DNA of 27,724 nucleotides, taken from NCBI GenBank assembly GCA_050246815.1, contig JBFWVI010000040.1:1-27724 (forward strand), read 5' to 3'. The stretch comes from Bdellovibrionales bacterium. GTDB taxonomy: Bacteria; Bdellovibrionota; Bdellovibrionia; Bdellovibrionales; UBA1609. A model generated the notes under the pieces. That model did not search any database. It was not told the origin of the DNA and saw only the letters and a list, made by a program, of their open reading frames with translations. Of the stretch, positions 1-8,332 are shown in pieces. The position numbers were made by a program, and so were the translations under genes. The first letter of the stretch is position 1, and each line of letters starts with the position of its first letter.

Positions 1-698
1 TGGATCCAAGTCCAGAAGAGCGGCGAGCCGTGGAGTTGGCGCAAAAACAAGGAATCTTATTTGTGGCCGCAGCCGGCAACGAGCGTTCAAACTCGGATGT
101 AAAAGCTTACTACCCCGCAGATTATGATTTGACGAATGTTATTTCAGTCACCGCCATCGACAAACGTAAAACCGTTTTGCCCACCAGCAACTATGGCGAA
201 TCCAGCGTCGACATCGCCGCTCCGGGCAATGATATCTACAGCACTCTTCCCAAAGGGCAATACGGCTACATGACCGGAACTTCGCAGGCCACGGCTTTTG
301 TGACAGGAGTGGCGGCCCTGGTGATGGCCAATAACAGCGAACTTTTGAAAGCCGATCGCATCGTCAAGTACCTCACTCAGACGGGGGATACCACCGACGA
401 GCTTGAAGGCAAAACCCGCTATCGTAGAGTTTTGAATTCGTACAAAGCCCTCGCGATCCAAGACAAAGATCTTTCAATCAATGGCGTGCGGGCCGAAAAC
501 ACTCTGCATATGGGAGCCAACACGTTCTCGACAGAACAGGGTGAACGCGCCCCATCTTTGGACTCAGATGGCGCCGTGATCAGCGGCGCAAGCGAGCAAA
601 ATATGGCGGATTTTGGCAAAGCTTTGCAAAAAGCGTTGGATCATTCGCCCCAAAAGGGTGCAAGGCCAGTTAAAATCAATACCGCCGCTCCGTTTTAA
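1..698 (+). CDS. S8 family subtilisin-like serine protease, C-terminal part (frame is open from the window edge, so 5' truncated)
   Basis: FVAAAGN oxyanion-hole motif, YPA and VDIAAPG motifs, and GTSQATAFVTG around the catalytic Ser. No stop in frame between position 3 and 696. Confidence 0.92.
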   Translation, partial: DPSPEERRAVELAQKQGILFVAAAGNERSNSDVKAYYPADYDLTNVISVTAIDKRKTVLPTSNYGESSVDIAAPGNDIYSTLPKGQYGYMTGTSQATAFVTGVAALVMANNSELLKADRIVKYLTQTGDTTDELEGKTRYRRVLNSYKALAIQDKDLSINGVRAENTLHMGANTFSTEQGERAPSLDSDGAVISGASEQNMADFGKALQKALDHSPQKGARPVKINTAAPF

Positions 699-708
699 CA
701 ATAAAATG

Positions 709-733
709 AAACGCTTCGTTCGCGTTTATATTT
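709..733 (+). terminator. Probable intrinsic terminator after the subtilase
   Basis: AAACGC-ttcgttc-GCGTTT hairpin (709-727) with an AT-rich tail, starting 11 nt after the stop. Confidence 0.45.
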
Positions 734-762
734 ACCTGTGACTTTTACTCAAGACAAAGTGC

Positions 763-818
763 TGGCTCTCGGACCTCAGGCCACCGGCCTCGGGCTTCAG
801 GCTGCTGGCCCCGGCCCT
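763..818. repeat. Degenerate 7-bp tandem array overlapping the 3' end of four-helix-bundle gene A
   Basis: Eight units read directly: tggctct cggacct caggcca ccggcct cgggctt caggctg ctggccc cggccct. Confidence 0.7.
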
Positions 819-1105
819 GGGTTTCGGATTAGGTTGTACAATCCGGCTGCAAGCCTGTCGGCTTTTGCTTCTAGGTCTTTTTCGTTGAGTATGTCGAGCA
901 ACGCCTGTGTTTCACGCAGTGAACCGAAGGCTATTTTGAAAAACCGCACTCGGTCTTTGCCGTCTTTCCCGCTTCCTTCGGCCAGGTTCAAGACGATCGA
1001 AAGTGAGGCCCGTTTCAGTTGATCACGAACTTCGCCTGTGACCTTAAGGGACTGCGTCGCGTGGAACAGTTCTTTAGCCAGTTGGTAGGTTCTGAAATTT
1101 CGCAT
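797..1105 (-). CDS. Four-helix-bundle protein A (23S rRNA IVS protein / Avd-like family), 102 aa
   Basis: ATG at 1105 preceded by AAGGAG. Family signature DQLxRAxxSIxLNxAEG...RFxxIAxGSLxE present as RDQLKRASLSIVLNLAEGSGK...RFFKIAFGSLRE. Confidence 0.88.
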   Translation of the reverse strand: MRNFRTYQLAKELFHATQSLKVTGEVRDQLKRASLSIVLNLAEGSGKDGKDRVRFFKIAFGSLRETQALLDILNEKDLEAKADRLAAGLYNLIRNPGPGPAA

Positions 1106-1245
1106 TTGTGGAGTCTCCTTGTTTTGGGGGGCGGAAATTCGCGCCCTTACCCTTTGGGAGGGGCGCGAATTTCCGCCCCCCAAAACAAGGAGACTCCGAC
1201 ATGAAATCATTTAGAACCTACCAACTGGCTAAAGAACTGTTCCAC
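1061..1245. repeat. Long inverted repeat (hairpin/cruciform) joining the two four-helix-bundle genes
   Basis: 1061-1093 is the exact reverse complement of 1213-1245 (33 bp), and 1110-1146 of 1161-1197 (37 bp). The 14-nt centre TTACCCTTTGGGAG itself pairs CCC-ttt-GGG. Confidence 0.97.
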
Positions 1246-1497
1246 CAAAGCCAAAACGTGAAGCTGGCTAGCCCAGCAAGAGACCAATTCCAAAGAGCGG
1301 TACTCAGCATCGCCTTGAACCTAGCCGAAGGCAGCGGCAAAGAAACAAACGCCGACAGACGACGCTTCTACCAAATCGCAATGGGCAGCTTGCGCGAAGC
1401 GCAAGCAATCATCGATCTTTACGACCTGAAAGGATTAAAAAAAGCAGCTGACGTCTTAGGCGCCCACGTCTTCCGTCTCTGTCAAAGCCTCCGCTAA
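1201..1497 (+). CDS. Four-helix-bundle protein B (23S rRNA IVS protein / Avd-like family), 98 aa
   Basis: ATG at 1201 after AAGGAG. RDQFQRAVLSIALNLAEGSGK...RFYQIAMGSLRE. About half of residues identical to paralog A by manual alignment. Confidence 0.88.
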   Translation: MKSFRTYQLAKELFHQSQNVKLASPARDQFQRAVLSIALNLAEGSGKETNADRRRFYQIAMGSLREAQAIIDLYDLKGLKKAADVLGAHVFRLCQSLR

Positions 1498-1516
1498 CCG
1501 TCTCAGTGACGGTTTT
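1498..1516 (+). terminator. Small terminator-like hairpin directly after four-helix-bundle gene B
   Basis: CCGTC-tcagt-GACGG followed by TTTT. The stem is short. Confidence 0.4.
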
Positions 1517-1552
1517 CGGTTCTCGACCACAGGGCTCCGATCTCGGGGTTCT
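1511..1552. repeat. Degenerate 7-bp tandem array downstream of four-helix-bundle gene B
   Basis: ggttttc ggttctc gaccaca gggctcc gatctcg gggttct. Weaker periodicity than the left array. Confidence 0.5.
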
Positions 1553-1562
1553 GTGGATTTTT

Positions 1563-2411
1563 TTAGTTGTCCATGAGCCAGCGCGCCGCCAGCGTAAAGA
1601 AAACAAGCGCCACGCCTAAACCGATCAAATTCCGCGCAGCTTCAATCATCAACCCAAAACCAATCAAAGCCCCCGCCCCACATAGCACAAGAGTCGTCAA
1701 ACGAGGCATCAATTTAAATGACCTCGCGCGAGTCGTTTTGCCGCTGACCCCCTGTACGGCCTCGGTGATCGCGATGATTTCCCGCTGCATTTTAAGTGCG
1801 GTTTCATCACCTGAATGGGCGGCCAACAATCGGCGGTACTGGTGCGAGGCGAAAAGCAAATTGTTTTCACGCTGAGCGATTTGCACAAATTTGCGATGGG
1901 CTTCGATGTTGTTATAGTTGTCCATCACCTGATGCCACAGTCGACGAAGCGCCGGTGAAGAGGCTATGGCGCGCGAGGTCTCATCCATCTCAAGCTTGGC
2001 AAAAATCACTCCACACTTGGGACATTCAGGATCGCCTGCAGAGTATTGGGCTTGGCAACGAGGACAGTGAAACAACCGCGCTGAAGCGTTCGGCGTGGGG
2101 GCGACAATTGGCTCCACTGTCGAAGGTGCCGCTGCGGTTTCAGGCAAGGCGGCGGCTTCGGCTGTGGCGGCGTCCGCCTGTGCCGTGACTTTCAACCATT
2201 CCACCGGAAATCCTAAAATCTCTTTTTGTTCTAAGCTCTCAGGAAATGGAAACCAAAATTGAGTCGTGCACTTTGAACATGCGAATTGAGGTTTGGATTC
2301 ATGGATCTCTGCGGCGTCAATGGCGTACAACTTAAAACAGCTGGGGCAGCGCGCCTTGATGATCGAAGGCAGCATATCCTGAGTTAAGTTGTCAGTTTGC
2401 AGTGAATCCAA
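1563..2411 (-). CDS. Double zinc-ribbon membrane protein (MJ0042-like N-terminal finger)
   Basis: CPSC...CSKC and CPRC...CPKC pairs separated by an Ala/Pro linker, with two C-terminal hydrophobic helices. Confidence 0.75.
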   Translation of the reverse strand: MDSLQTDNLTQDMLPSIIKARCPSCFKLYAIDAAEIHESKPQFACSKCTTQFWFPFPESLEQKEILGFPVEWLKVTAQADAATAEAAALPETAAAPSTVEPIVAPTPNASARLFHCPRCQAQYSAGDPECPKCGVIFAKLEMDETSRAIASSPALRRLWHQVMDNYNNIEAHRKFVQIAQRENNLLFASHQYRRLLAAHSGDETALKMQREIIAITEAVQGVSGKTTRARSFKLMPRLTTLVLCGAGALIGFGLMIEAARNLIGLGVALVFFTLAARWLMDN

Positions 2412-2448
2412 CTAGCCCCTCCTGAGCCTGGATGCTAACCTGCAATAA

Positions 2449-4002
2449 ATGCAGGCCCGAATTCAATATTATTGGCTCCCGATTCTATCAGGAATCCTGA
2501 TTGGGACAAGCTATATTCCCTTCCCACCTTGGGCGCTCTTTTTCTTGTATGTTCCACTTTGGCTGTGGTGGTTCAAGCAGGATTCTTTGAAAAAAATCCT
2601 GCTTGGCGGCTGGCTGACCCAAATGGTTTTGACCTTGATCGGCTTTAATTGGGTGGCCTACACCATTTACGAATTCGGCCGCTTACCATGGCCAGCTGCG
2701 GTGATCGGGCTTTTGCTTTTTTCGAGTTTCGCTCACTTGCAAATTCCGTTGGCTGGTGGACTCTGGTGGGGGCTCAGGCGGCTTTTCAACCTGACTCCTC
2801 TTCAAAGCTTATGGCTTTTGCCCGCCGCTCATATTGCCATGGAACTGACCTACCCGATGATTTTTGATTGGAATATGGGCTACCCCCTGCTTTACGCCAA
2901 GCTTCCCGTGGCTCAAATGGCAGAATGGGTTGGATTTCGAGGACTTAGCGCGCTGATCTTTGTCCTTAACGGGGGCGTTTTGATGTTGTGGCTGGGGCGA
3001 AAAAACCGCGATTCTCGCTGGCGGGTTCAGTTGGCAACGATGGGCACGGCAGTGGTGGCCGTCAATGTGATCGGCTGGTGGCTGCAGGCCTCATTGCCAG
3101 TTCCTGAACAGAAGGCCAAAGTTTTGCTGGTTCAAGCCAATATCGGCAACTTTGAAAAACAGGAGGTCGAAAAGGGTGACCTCTTTCGCGAATCCATTTT
3201 GCAACGTTACATGGATTTGACCACTCGCGGTTTAAGTGGCGAAAAACCAGACTTCGCTTTGTGGCCTGAAACCGCTTTTCCACACTTGCTGAACGAGCCC
3301 TACTACTCCAGCCAAAGCTATGCCCTGCAACTGCAGCTGTTTATAAAAAAACACAAGCTCGCTTTGGCTACAGGCGGTTACGGCTATCAGGAACAGACCG
3401 GTAAAATGCTGAATTCATTTTACACCATCGATGAAGAAGCTCGGCAAACCAGCCCGCACCATTCCAAAACAAAATTACTCGCTTTTGGCGAATATTTGCC
3501 TGGCGTCGACCTGCTACCTTTTTTAAGCGATTGGCTGCCGCAAGTGGGTGGTTTTGGCCGCGGCCCTGGCCCCAGTGCCATGCCCCTTGGCAAATTCACA
3601 CTTGGCCCACAGATTTGTTACGAAAGTCTTTTCGACTCCTTCGTCCGCGCAACGGCCAACAAAGGGGCGAATATATTGGTCAACGTCACCAATGACTCTT
3701 GGTATGGCACTTGGCAACAGCCTTGGCAGCATATGTACATGACACTTGCCCGCGCGATCGAAGTGCGTCGCCCACTTTTACGCGTCACCAACACCGGCTT
3801 CACCGCGGGCATTTTGGCTGACGGCACTCTTCTTGAGCAATCCCCTTTACACCAAGAGTGGCAGCATCTATATGATGTACCAGTCACTCTTCACCCCAAA
3901 ACAACAGTGTTTATGGGGTGGGGCCTTCACTTCGCATGGGCCTTGAGCGTGGCCCTTGTGCTTTGGACGCTGGGGAGAAAATGGCGTGCGCGAACTACGT
4001 AA
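2449..4002 (+). CDS. lnt: Apolipoprotein N-acyltransferase
   Basis: N-terminal multi-TM region, VQANI, WPE, KTKLLAFGEY, QICYE, NVTNDSWYG and RAIE motifs (CN-hydrolase E-K-C triad). Confidence 0.96.
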   Translation: MQARIQYYWLPILSGILIGTSYIPFPPWALFFLYVPLWLWWFKQDSLKKILLGGWLTQMVLTLIGFNWVAYTIYEFGRLPWPAAVIGLLLFSSFAHLQIPLAGGLWWGLRRLFNLTPLQSLWLLPAAHIAMELTYPMIFDWNMGYPLLYAKLPVAQMAEWVGFRGLSALIFVLNGGVLMLWLGRKNRDSRWRVQLATMGTAVVAVNVIGWWLQASLPVPEQKAKVLLVQANIGNFEKQEVEKGDLFRESILQRYMDLTTRGLSGEKPDFALWPETAFPHLLNEPYYSSQSYALQLQLFIKKHKLALATGGYGYQEQTGKMLNSFYTIDEEARQTSPHHSKTKLLAFGEYLPGVDLLPFLSDWLPQVGGFGRGPGPSAMPLGKFTLGPQICYESLFDSFVRATANKGANILVNVTNDSWYGTWQQPWQHMYMTLARAIEVRRPLLRVTNTGFTAGILADGTLLEQSPLHQEWQHLYDVPVTLHPKTTVFMGWGLHFAWALSVALVLWTLGRKWRARTT

Positions 4003-6319
4003 TTTAGATTGGGATCAGATTCTTGAGAAGCTTGCCACTTACGCCACCAGTGAAGCCGCACGCTCAACCTTGAAACAAACCAGCCCCTTAGCCTCAGCAG
4101 CGGAAGCCGAGAACAGTTTCGCCCGCATTTTGGAGCTTCAGGCCGTTTTGCAAGGGGGCCAAAGAGGCCACATGGAAAGCCTTGATCTTTGTGGACTTTG
4201 GCAACAACGCTTGCGCAAAGACGCGACTTTAAAAACCCTCGAGCTCAAAGATGTGCGTCACTTTTGCCTTGAGACCATTGCTTTAAAAGAAATCCTTGGA
4301 CCCTACAAATCCGTGTGGCTGACCGATTTACATGACCGCCTGATGAACGCCGACGAACCACTGTCCGCCATCGATCAAATCATGACCGGCGAAGGCGACA
4401 TTCGCAACGACGCCAGCGAAACCCTGTACAACCTTTACCGCGAGCGCAGCCAGCAGGTGAAGTCTCTGCAAAATATTTTGGACCGCTTGGTGAAACAACA
4501 TGAGCTTGAGCCGGTGCTGCAAGACCGCTACGTGACCAACCGCGAAGGTCGCTGGGTGCTGCCGGTGAAAAGCGGCATGCAACATCACTTTGAGGGTATC
4601 ATCCATAGCTCCAGCCAAACCAAACAAACAGTTTTTATGGAGCCAAAAGAAGTCATCCCTTTAAATAACCGTATACGCCAAATCGACGTCGACATCGAAG
4701 AAGAAATCGAACGCCTGCTTCAGCAGCTTTCAAAATACCTGGTTTCGCAGTTGGACGGTTTTGAAAGCGCACGTGATATTTTACTGGAATGCGACATTCG
4801 TTTTGCCCAAGCCCAATTGAGCACCCACCTGAACGCCGAGCCCTGTCGCTTTGAAGCCAACAAAGTCCGACTGCTGAACGCCCGTCATCCCCTTTTGGTT
4901 TTGAACAACCCCGAAGTGGTCGCCAACACTGTCGAATTGGACGAACACCGTCGCCTGCTTTTGCTTTCAGGCCCCAATGCCGGAGGCAAAACCGTGCTAC
5001 TGAAAGCCGTGGGTTTAGCCGCCCATATGGCCCGCTGTGGACTGCCGATCTGCGCCGAAGAAGGTTCGTCGCTCCCCTTTTTCACCTCGCTTCATGTGGC
5101 CGTGGGTGATTCGCAAAGCGTGGATGCACAACTGTCGACCTTCGCCGCCCACTTAAGTATTTTGAATCAAGCCACCAAAGCGCAAGGCTCTTCAGAATTG
5201 CTTTTGATTGATGAAATCTGTGGTTCCACCGATCCCGAAGAAGGTTCCGCCCTCGCCCGCAGCTTTATTGAAACCTACGCGCAAAACCAAGTTTTTGGCG
5301 TTATCACTTCACACTTAAGCCCTCTGAAAATGGGTTGGAAAGACGACTCCGGCGTCGTCAATGGCAGCTTGGAGTATGATCAAACCACAGGTCGTCCCAC
5401 TTACCAGTTTTTGATGGGAGTGCCCGGCCAATCCCTGGCCATTCAAACCGCCCGCCGAGTGGGCGTCGACACCGCCGTCATCGACCGCGCTTTGTCGCAT
5501 TTGTCGCCCGAGATGAAAAAATATCAGCAGTCGTTAAGCGAGGTCGAAGACATCAAAGCCGAACTGCGGACACTTCGAGAAGAAATGGATCGCAATATCC
5601 GCCAAGCCAAAAAAGAAAAATCGAAATTCATGGCACTGTCGCAAAAATTCGACCGTGACAAAGAGCAGATGGTCCATCAGGCAGTCCGCCGCGCCGAAAA
5701 GAAAATCGACCAAATGATCGAACATAGCAAAGTGGACTCGGTCTTCAAGCGCCACGAAAAACTTGAATCCACCAAATTCGAACTGCCTGAAATTATCAAG
5801 GCCAGCAGCAAAGCTCCCACCACCTCGCCCAAAATCGAATCGGCCGAGGACTTTGCCAAAGCCTTTCCACCCGGTTCCAAAGTTTATTCACATGCGTTGG
5901 GCCGCGACGCTGTCGTGCAAGCAGCACCCAATAGCCGCGGCGAGGTCACGATCTTGGCCAATTCAATGCGCTTGACCGTGCTTTGGAGTCAACTCAAACC
6001 ACCTCAGCATGGGGTCAACCCCACCCGTGAGGTGGTTCGCCGCACCACCGATGCCGCGGCCTCCCCATTAGAAAACGATCGCAGCTTGGATTTGCGCGGT
6101 CTGCCACTAGAAGACGCCATACGCCGCATTGAAGAGCAGTTGGATACCGCAGCTCTGCGCCAAGAAGATCGAGTCAAAATCATCCACGGTCATGGCACGG
6201 AAGCCCTCAAACGCGGCATCCGCAGCTATTTATCTAGAAGTGTGTATGTCAAAAAATGGCTGGCCGGAAGTTCCGAGACCGGCGGCGACGGCGTCACCTG
6301 GGTGGAGCTTAAAGATTAA
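3986..6319 (+). CDS. mutS2: Endonuclease MutS2
   Basis: Walker A GPNAGGKT, LSTFAAH, LLIDE, TDPEEG, GVPGQS, coiled coil and C-terminal Smr domain (LDLRG...IIHGHGT). Likely GTG start at 3986 after GGGGAG. Confidence 0.95.
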   Translation: MRELRNLDWDQILEKLATYATSEAARSTLKQTSPLASAAEAENSFARILELQAVLQGGQRGHMESLDLCGLWQQRLRKDATLKTLELKDVRHFCLETIALKEILGPYKSVWLTDLHDRLMNADEPLSAIDQIMTGEGDIRNDASETLYNLYRERSQQVKSLQNILDRLVKQHELEPVLQDRYVTNREGRWVLPVKSGMQHHFEGIIHSSSQTKQTVFMEPKEVIPLNNRIRQIDVDIEEEIERLLQQLSKYLVSQLDGFESARDILLECDIRFAQAQLSTHLNAEPCRFEANKVRLLNARHPLLVLNNPEVVANTVELDEHRRLLLLSGPNAGGKTVLLKAVGLAAHMARCGLPICAEEGSSLPFFTSLHVAVGDSQSVDAQLSTFAAHLSILNQATKAQGSSELLLIDEICGSTDPEEGSALARSFIETYAQNQVFGVITSHLSPLKMGWKDDSGVVNGSLEYDQTTGRPTYQFLMGVPGQSLAIQTARRVGVDTAVIDRALSHLSPEMKKYQQSLSEVEDIKAELRTLREEMDRNIRQAKKEKSKFMALSQKFDRDKEQMVHQAVRRAEKKIDQMIEHSKVDSVFKRHEKLESTKFELPEIIKASSKAPTTSPKIESAEDFAKAFPPGSKVYSHALGRDAVVQAAPNSRGEVTILANSMRLTVLWSQLKPPQHGVNPTREVVRRTTDAAASPLENDRSLDLRGLPLEDAIRRIEEQLDTAALRQEDRVKIIHGHGTEALKRGIRSYLSRSVYVKKWLAGSSETGGDGVTWVELKD

Positions 6320-7199
6320 CCGCGTTTTCGCTGGGCTTGCAGCTGGCGCCAAGACCACTTGGTCGCCCCAAATCCTTAGGCAAATCCAGCAGTGCGACCA
6401 TGCATGACAAAACCTCGGTGCGAGCCCCCGGTACGATCATGCGCTCTTTTGAACGAACTTCAGACCACACCACCGTGCCCCGCTGCTCGGCAATCAACAA
6501 CCGCCCCCAAATGGTCGAAGAGAATTGGGCTTTGCCCGTGGCAACCCCCATCATCTCGACCTGGCCTGAAACTTCCACGTCAGCGCAACGGTCACGGCCA
6601 CACTGGTAGACATTTTTAAGAATCGCCACCAGGTGGACGCCAAGCGGAATGCCGTTCTTCATGCCAAGCCAAGCATGATCCAAGGTCCAGGTGTCCCCCA
6701 CCTGAACTTCGCCTTCGGGTAAAGGGATCGGCGGCACGAAAAACACCGAGTCCGGAGGATAGTCGCCGGCTTTATAGACTTGGCCCTTGCGCGAAAAAAC
6801 GTATTCGATTTCTTCGCCTTTTTCTGGAAAGGCCAAATCATGCAAATCCACCGTGCCGTCTTTACTGATAGTGGTCGCCTGCACCGTCAAGCGGCCATTT
6901 GGCGAATCAACTTTGCTGACTAGCTCTTTGACTTTAAAATCCACGATCTCATCGCGGGCACGCACCATCTGGTCTTCTTCGTAGTTTTGAATGCGTGAAT
7001 GCGAATAATAGCGAGTCGTGTCGACTTGCCCCTGTTGACCTTTGAGCTCCAGACGAATGGGGCCCGCCTTGGCCGGCTTGAGGGGCGCCGTGGTGGAACA
7101 GCCTAGAAGTAGGAAACACCCCAAAAAGCTACCCAAAAGAGCGATTAAACGCCGAGGTGATGGTTTTACGGCAGACTGGCAAAGACTGATCGAACGCAT
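6309..7199 (-). CDS. Hypothetical lipoprotein (beta-rich)
   Basis: ATG at 7199 after GGAGAG. Basic N-region, hydrophobic stretch and lipobox LLG-C. Confidence 0.7.
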   Translation of the reverse strand: MRSISLCQSAVKPSPRRLIALLGSFLGCFLLLGCSTTAPLKPAKAGPIRLELKGQQGQVDTTRYYSHSRIQNYEEDQMVRARDEIVDFKVKELVSKVDSPNGRLTVQATTISKDGTVDLHDLAFPEKGEEIEYVFSRKGQVYKAGDYPPDSVFFVPPIPLPEGEVQVGDTWTLDHAWLGMKNGIPLGVHLVAILKNVYQCGRDRCADVEVSGQVEMMGVATGKAQFSSTIWGRLLIAEQRGTVVWSEVRSKERMIVPGARTEVLSCMVALLDLPKDLGRPSGLGASCKPSENAVNL

Positions 7200-7213
7200 G
7201 GGCTCTCCAAAGT

Positions 7214-7232
7214 TTGTCTCAAAATGAGACAA
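7214..7232. promoter_or_regulatory. Palindromic operator/UAS-like site TTGTCTCA-AAA-TGAGACAA
   Basis: Perfect 8-3-8 palindrome just upstream of the lipoprotein start. The same motif occurs at 23109. Confidence 0.65.
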
Positions 7233-7287
7233 GAGCCGTTATCGTACTGCATGGTTTTTGTGGTTGTCACGCGAACAGGGTATTGGC

Positions 7288-8154
7288 TTAATGCGAGGCC
7301 TCTTGAACGACCTCTTCGGCCTGCAAATTTTCACCGTGGCGGTAGCGCTCAATCAACGAAGAGTCCTGACTGGGGAACGAAAACAAAAGCGCATGTGAGT
7401 TCGAAACCGCGTCTTCGACCGTGATCACAATGTAATGGACCGGTTTGTCCTCTTCGTCTTCAAACTCTTTGATAAATGAAACCAAGACGTTGCCCATCGA
7501 ATCCGAGCTGCGCCAGATCTCATCCGCGTCTTCCAATGTCGCTTCGCGCATGTCAAAGTACTCAGGGAAGTTTTCTTCAGGAATGTCTTTTTCACTTCGC
7601 AATTTCATCATGGCCTTATAAAGGCCCACGGCCAGCTCCTCGCCTTCCGTTAAGGCGTCGCCGTCCATCGCACCGATCGGCACATTGCTCAAAGAACGAT
7701 CATAGATCATTTCTCCGCGGCGGTATTTGCCCACCAATTCGTCATCAGCCGTCGGAAAGTGCAAATAAACGAAGCTTGGTATATCGTCGGTCAGATAGCA
7801 GGCCGCCACATGGAAGAGTTGTTGGTCTTCTTCTTTTTCGCCTTTGTCCATACGACGAACATAAATGATCAAGGGCTGATCTTTTAAGGTCTTACGGTCT
7901 TCCCAAACTTCATCCGGGTCTTCTAAAAGAGTGGTTAAATTCGCCTCATACTTGGTGAATTGCCCCTCGGGAATGTCGTCACGTCGACGCATGCCGAAGA
8001 ATTCTTTTTCTAGTTGGTCAATTTCGGCATTAAAATGGCGATAAAGTTCCTCTTCGGAACCAAACACAAGCCCCTTGGCTTCATCAATGATGATCTTCGG
8101 GGCCGGCCTGCGTTTGCGCGCAAGGTTTGCGCGTTTTTGTAGAGCTTTTGACAT
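7288..8154 (-). CDS. Acidic protein with two internal repeats resembling a PBECR2-type nuclease fold
   Basis: Repeat 1 DIPE..F..Y...LLEDPDEVW...FPTADDELVGKYRRGE and repeat 2 DIPE..F..Y...TLEDADEIW...FPSQDSSLIERYRHGE. Start uncertain (8154 or 8169). Fold call is from motif resemblance only. Confidence 0.6.
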   Translation of the reverse strand: MSKALQKRANLARKRRPAPKIIIDEAKGLVFGSEEELYRHFNAEIDQLEKEFFGMRRRDDIPEGQFTKYEANLTTLLEDPDEVWEDRKTLKDQPLIIYVRRMDKGEKEEDQQLFHVAACYLTDDIPSFVYLHFPTADDELVGKYRRGEMIYDRSLSNVPIGAMDGDALTEGEELAVGLYKAMMKLRSEKDIPEENFPEYFDMREATLEDADEIWRSSDSMGNVLVSFIKEFEDEEDKPVHYIVITVEDAVSNSHALLFSFPSQDSSLIERYRHGENLQAEEVVQEASH

Positions 8155-8179
8155 CGCTCCAACCGCCATTAGGTTAAGG

Positions 8180-8195
8180 TTCAATTCACGTGCCA
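8180..8195 (-). promoter_or_regulatory. sigma54-like -24/-12 element (TTGA variant)
   Basis: TGGCACGTGAATTGAA on the minus strand, 26 nt upstream of ATG 8154. Confidence 0.5.
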
Positions 8196-8332
8196 CGGGC
8201 ACTCTATGTGCCTTATCAATAGGATATCGGGGAACGACCAGGCATGTCAAATCGCCTTAGATTGGTCTTGCCCTCAGACCGAATACCGCCTCACAATTGA
8301 ACCAAGGCGTCTCAAAACTAGACGGAAGTAAT

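Noticed and set aside
276..290. Inactive subtilase because of GTSQA instead of GTSMA
   Set aside because: The catalytic Ser is retained, and the following residue varies in S8 proteases.
763..818. CRISPR array
   Set aside because: Units are 7 bp and degenerate, with no spacers and no cas genes.
1108..1210. Longer N-termini given by the ORF track for both four-helix-bundle genes
   Set aside because: The extensions only translate the palindrome. AAGGAG sites support ATG 1105 and ATG 1201.
1061..1245. IS/MITE terminal inverted repeats or a simple terminator
   Set aside because: The arms are adjacent with the genes outside them, there is no transposase or U-tract, and the arms include RBSs and coding sequence.
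797..1497. Diversity-generating retroelement, suggested by the Avd-like genes
   Set aside because: No reverse transcriptase and no TR/VR pair with adenine-specific mismatches seen in the window.
797..1497. 23S rRNA intervening sequence
   Set aside because: The flanks are protein-coding genes and no rRNA sequence is present.
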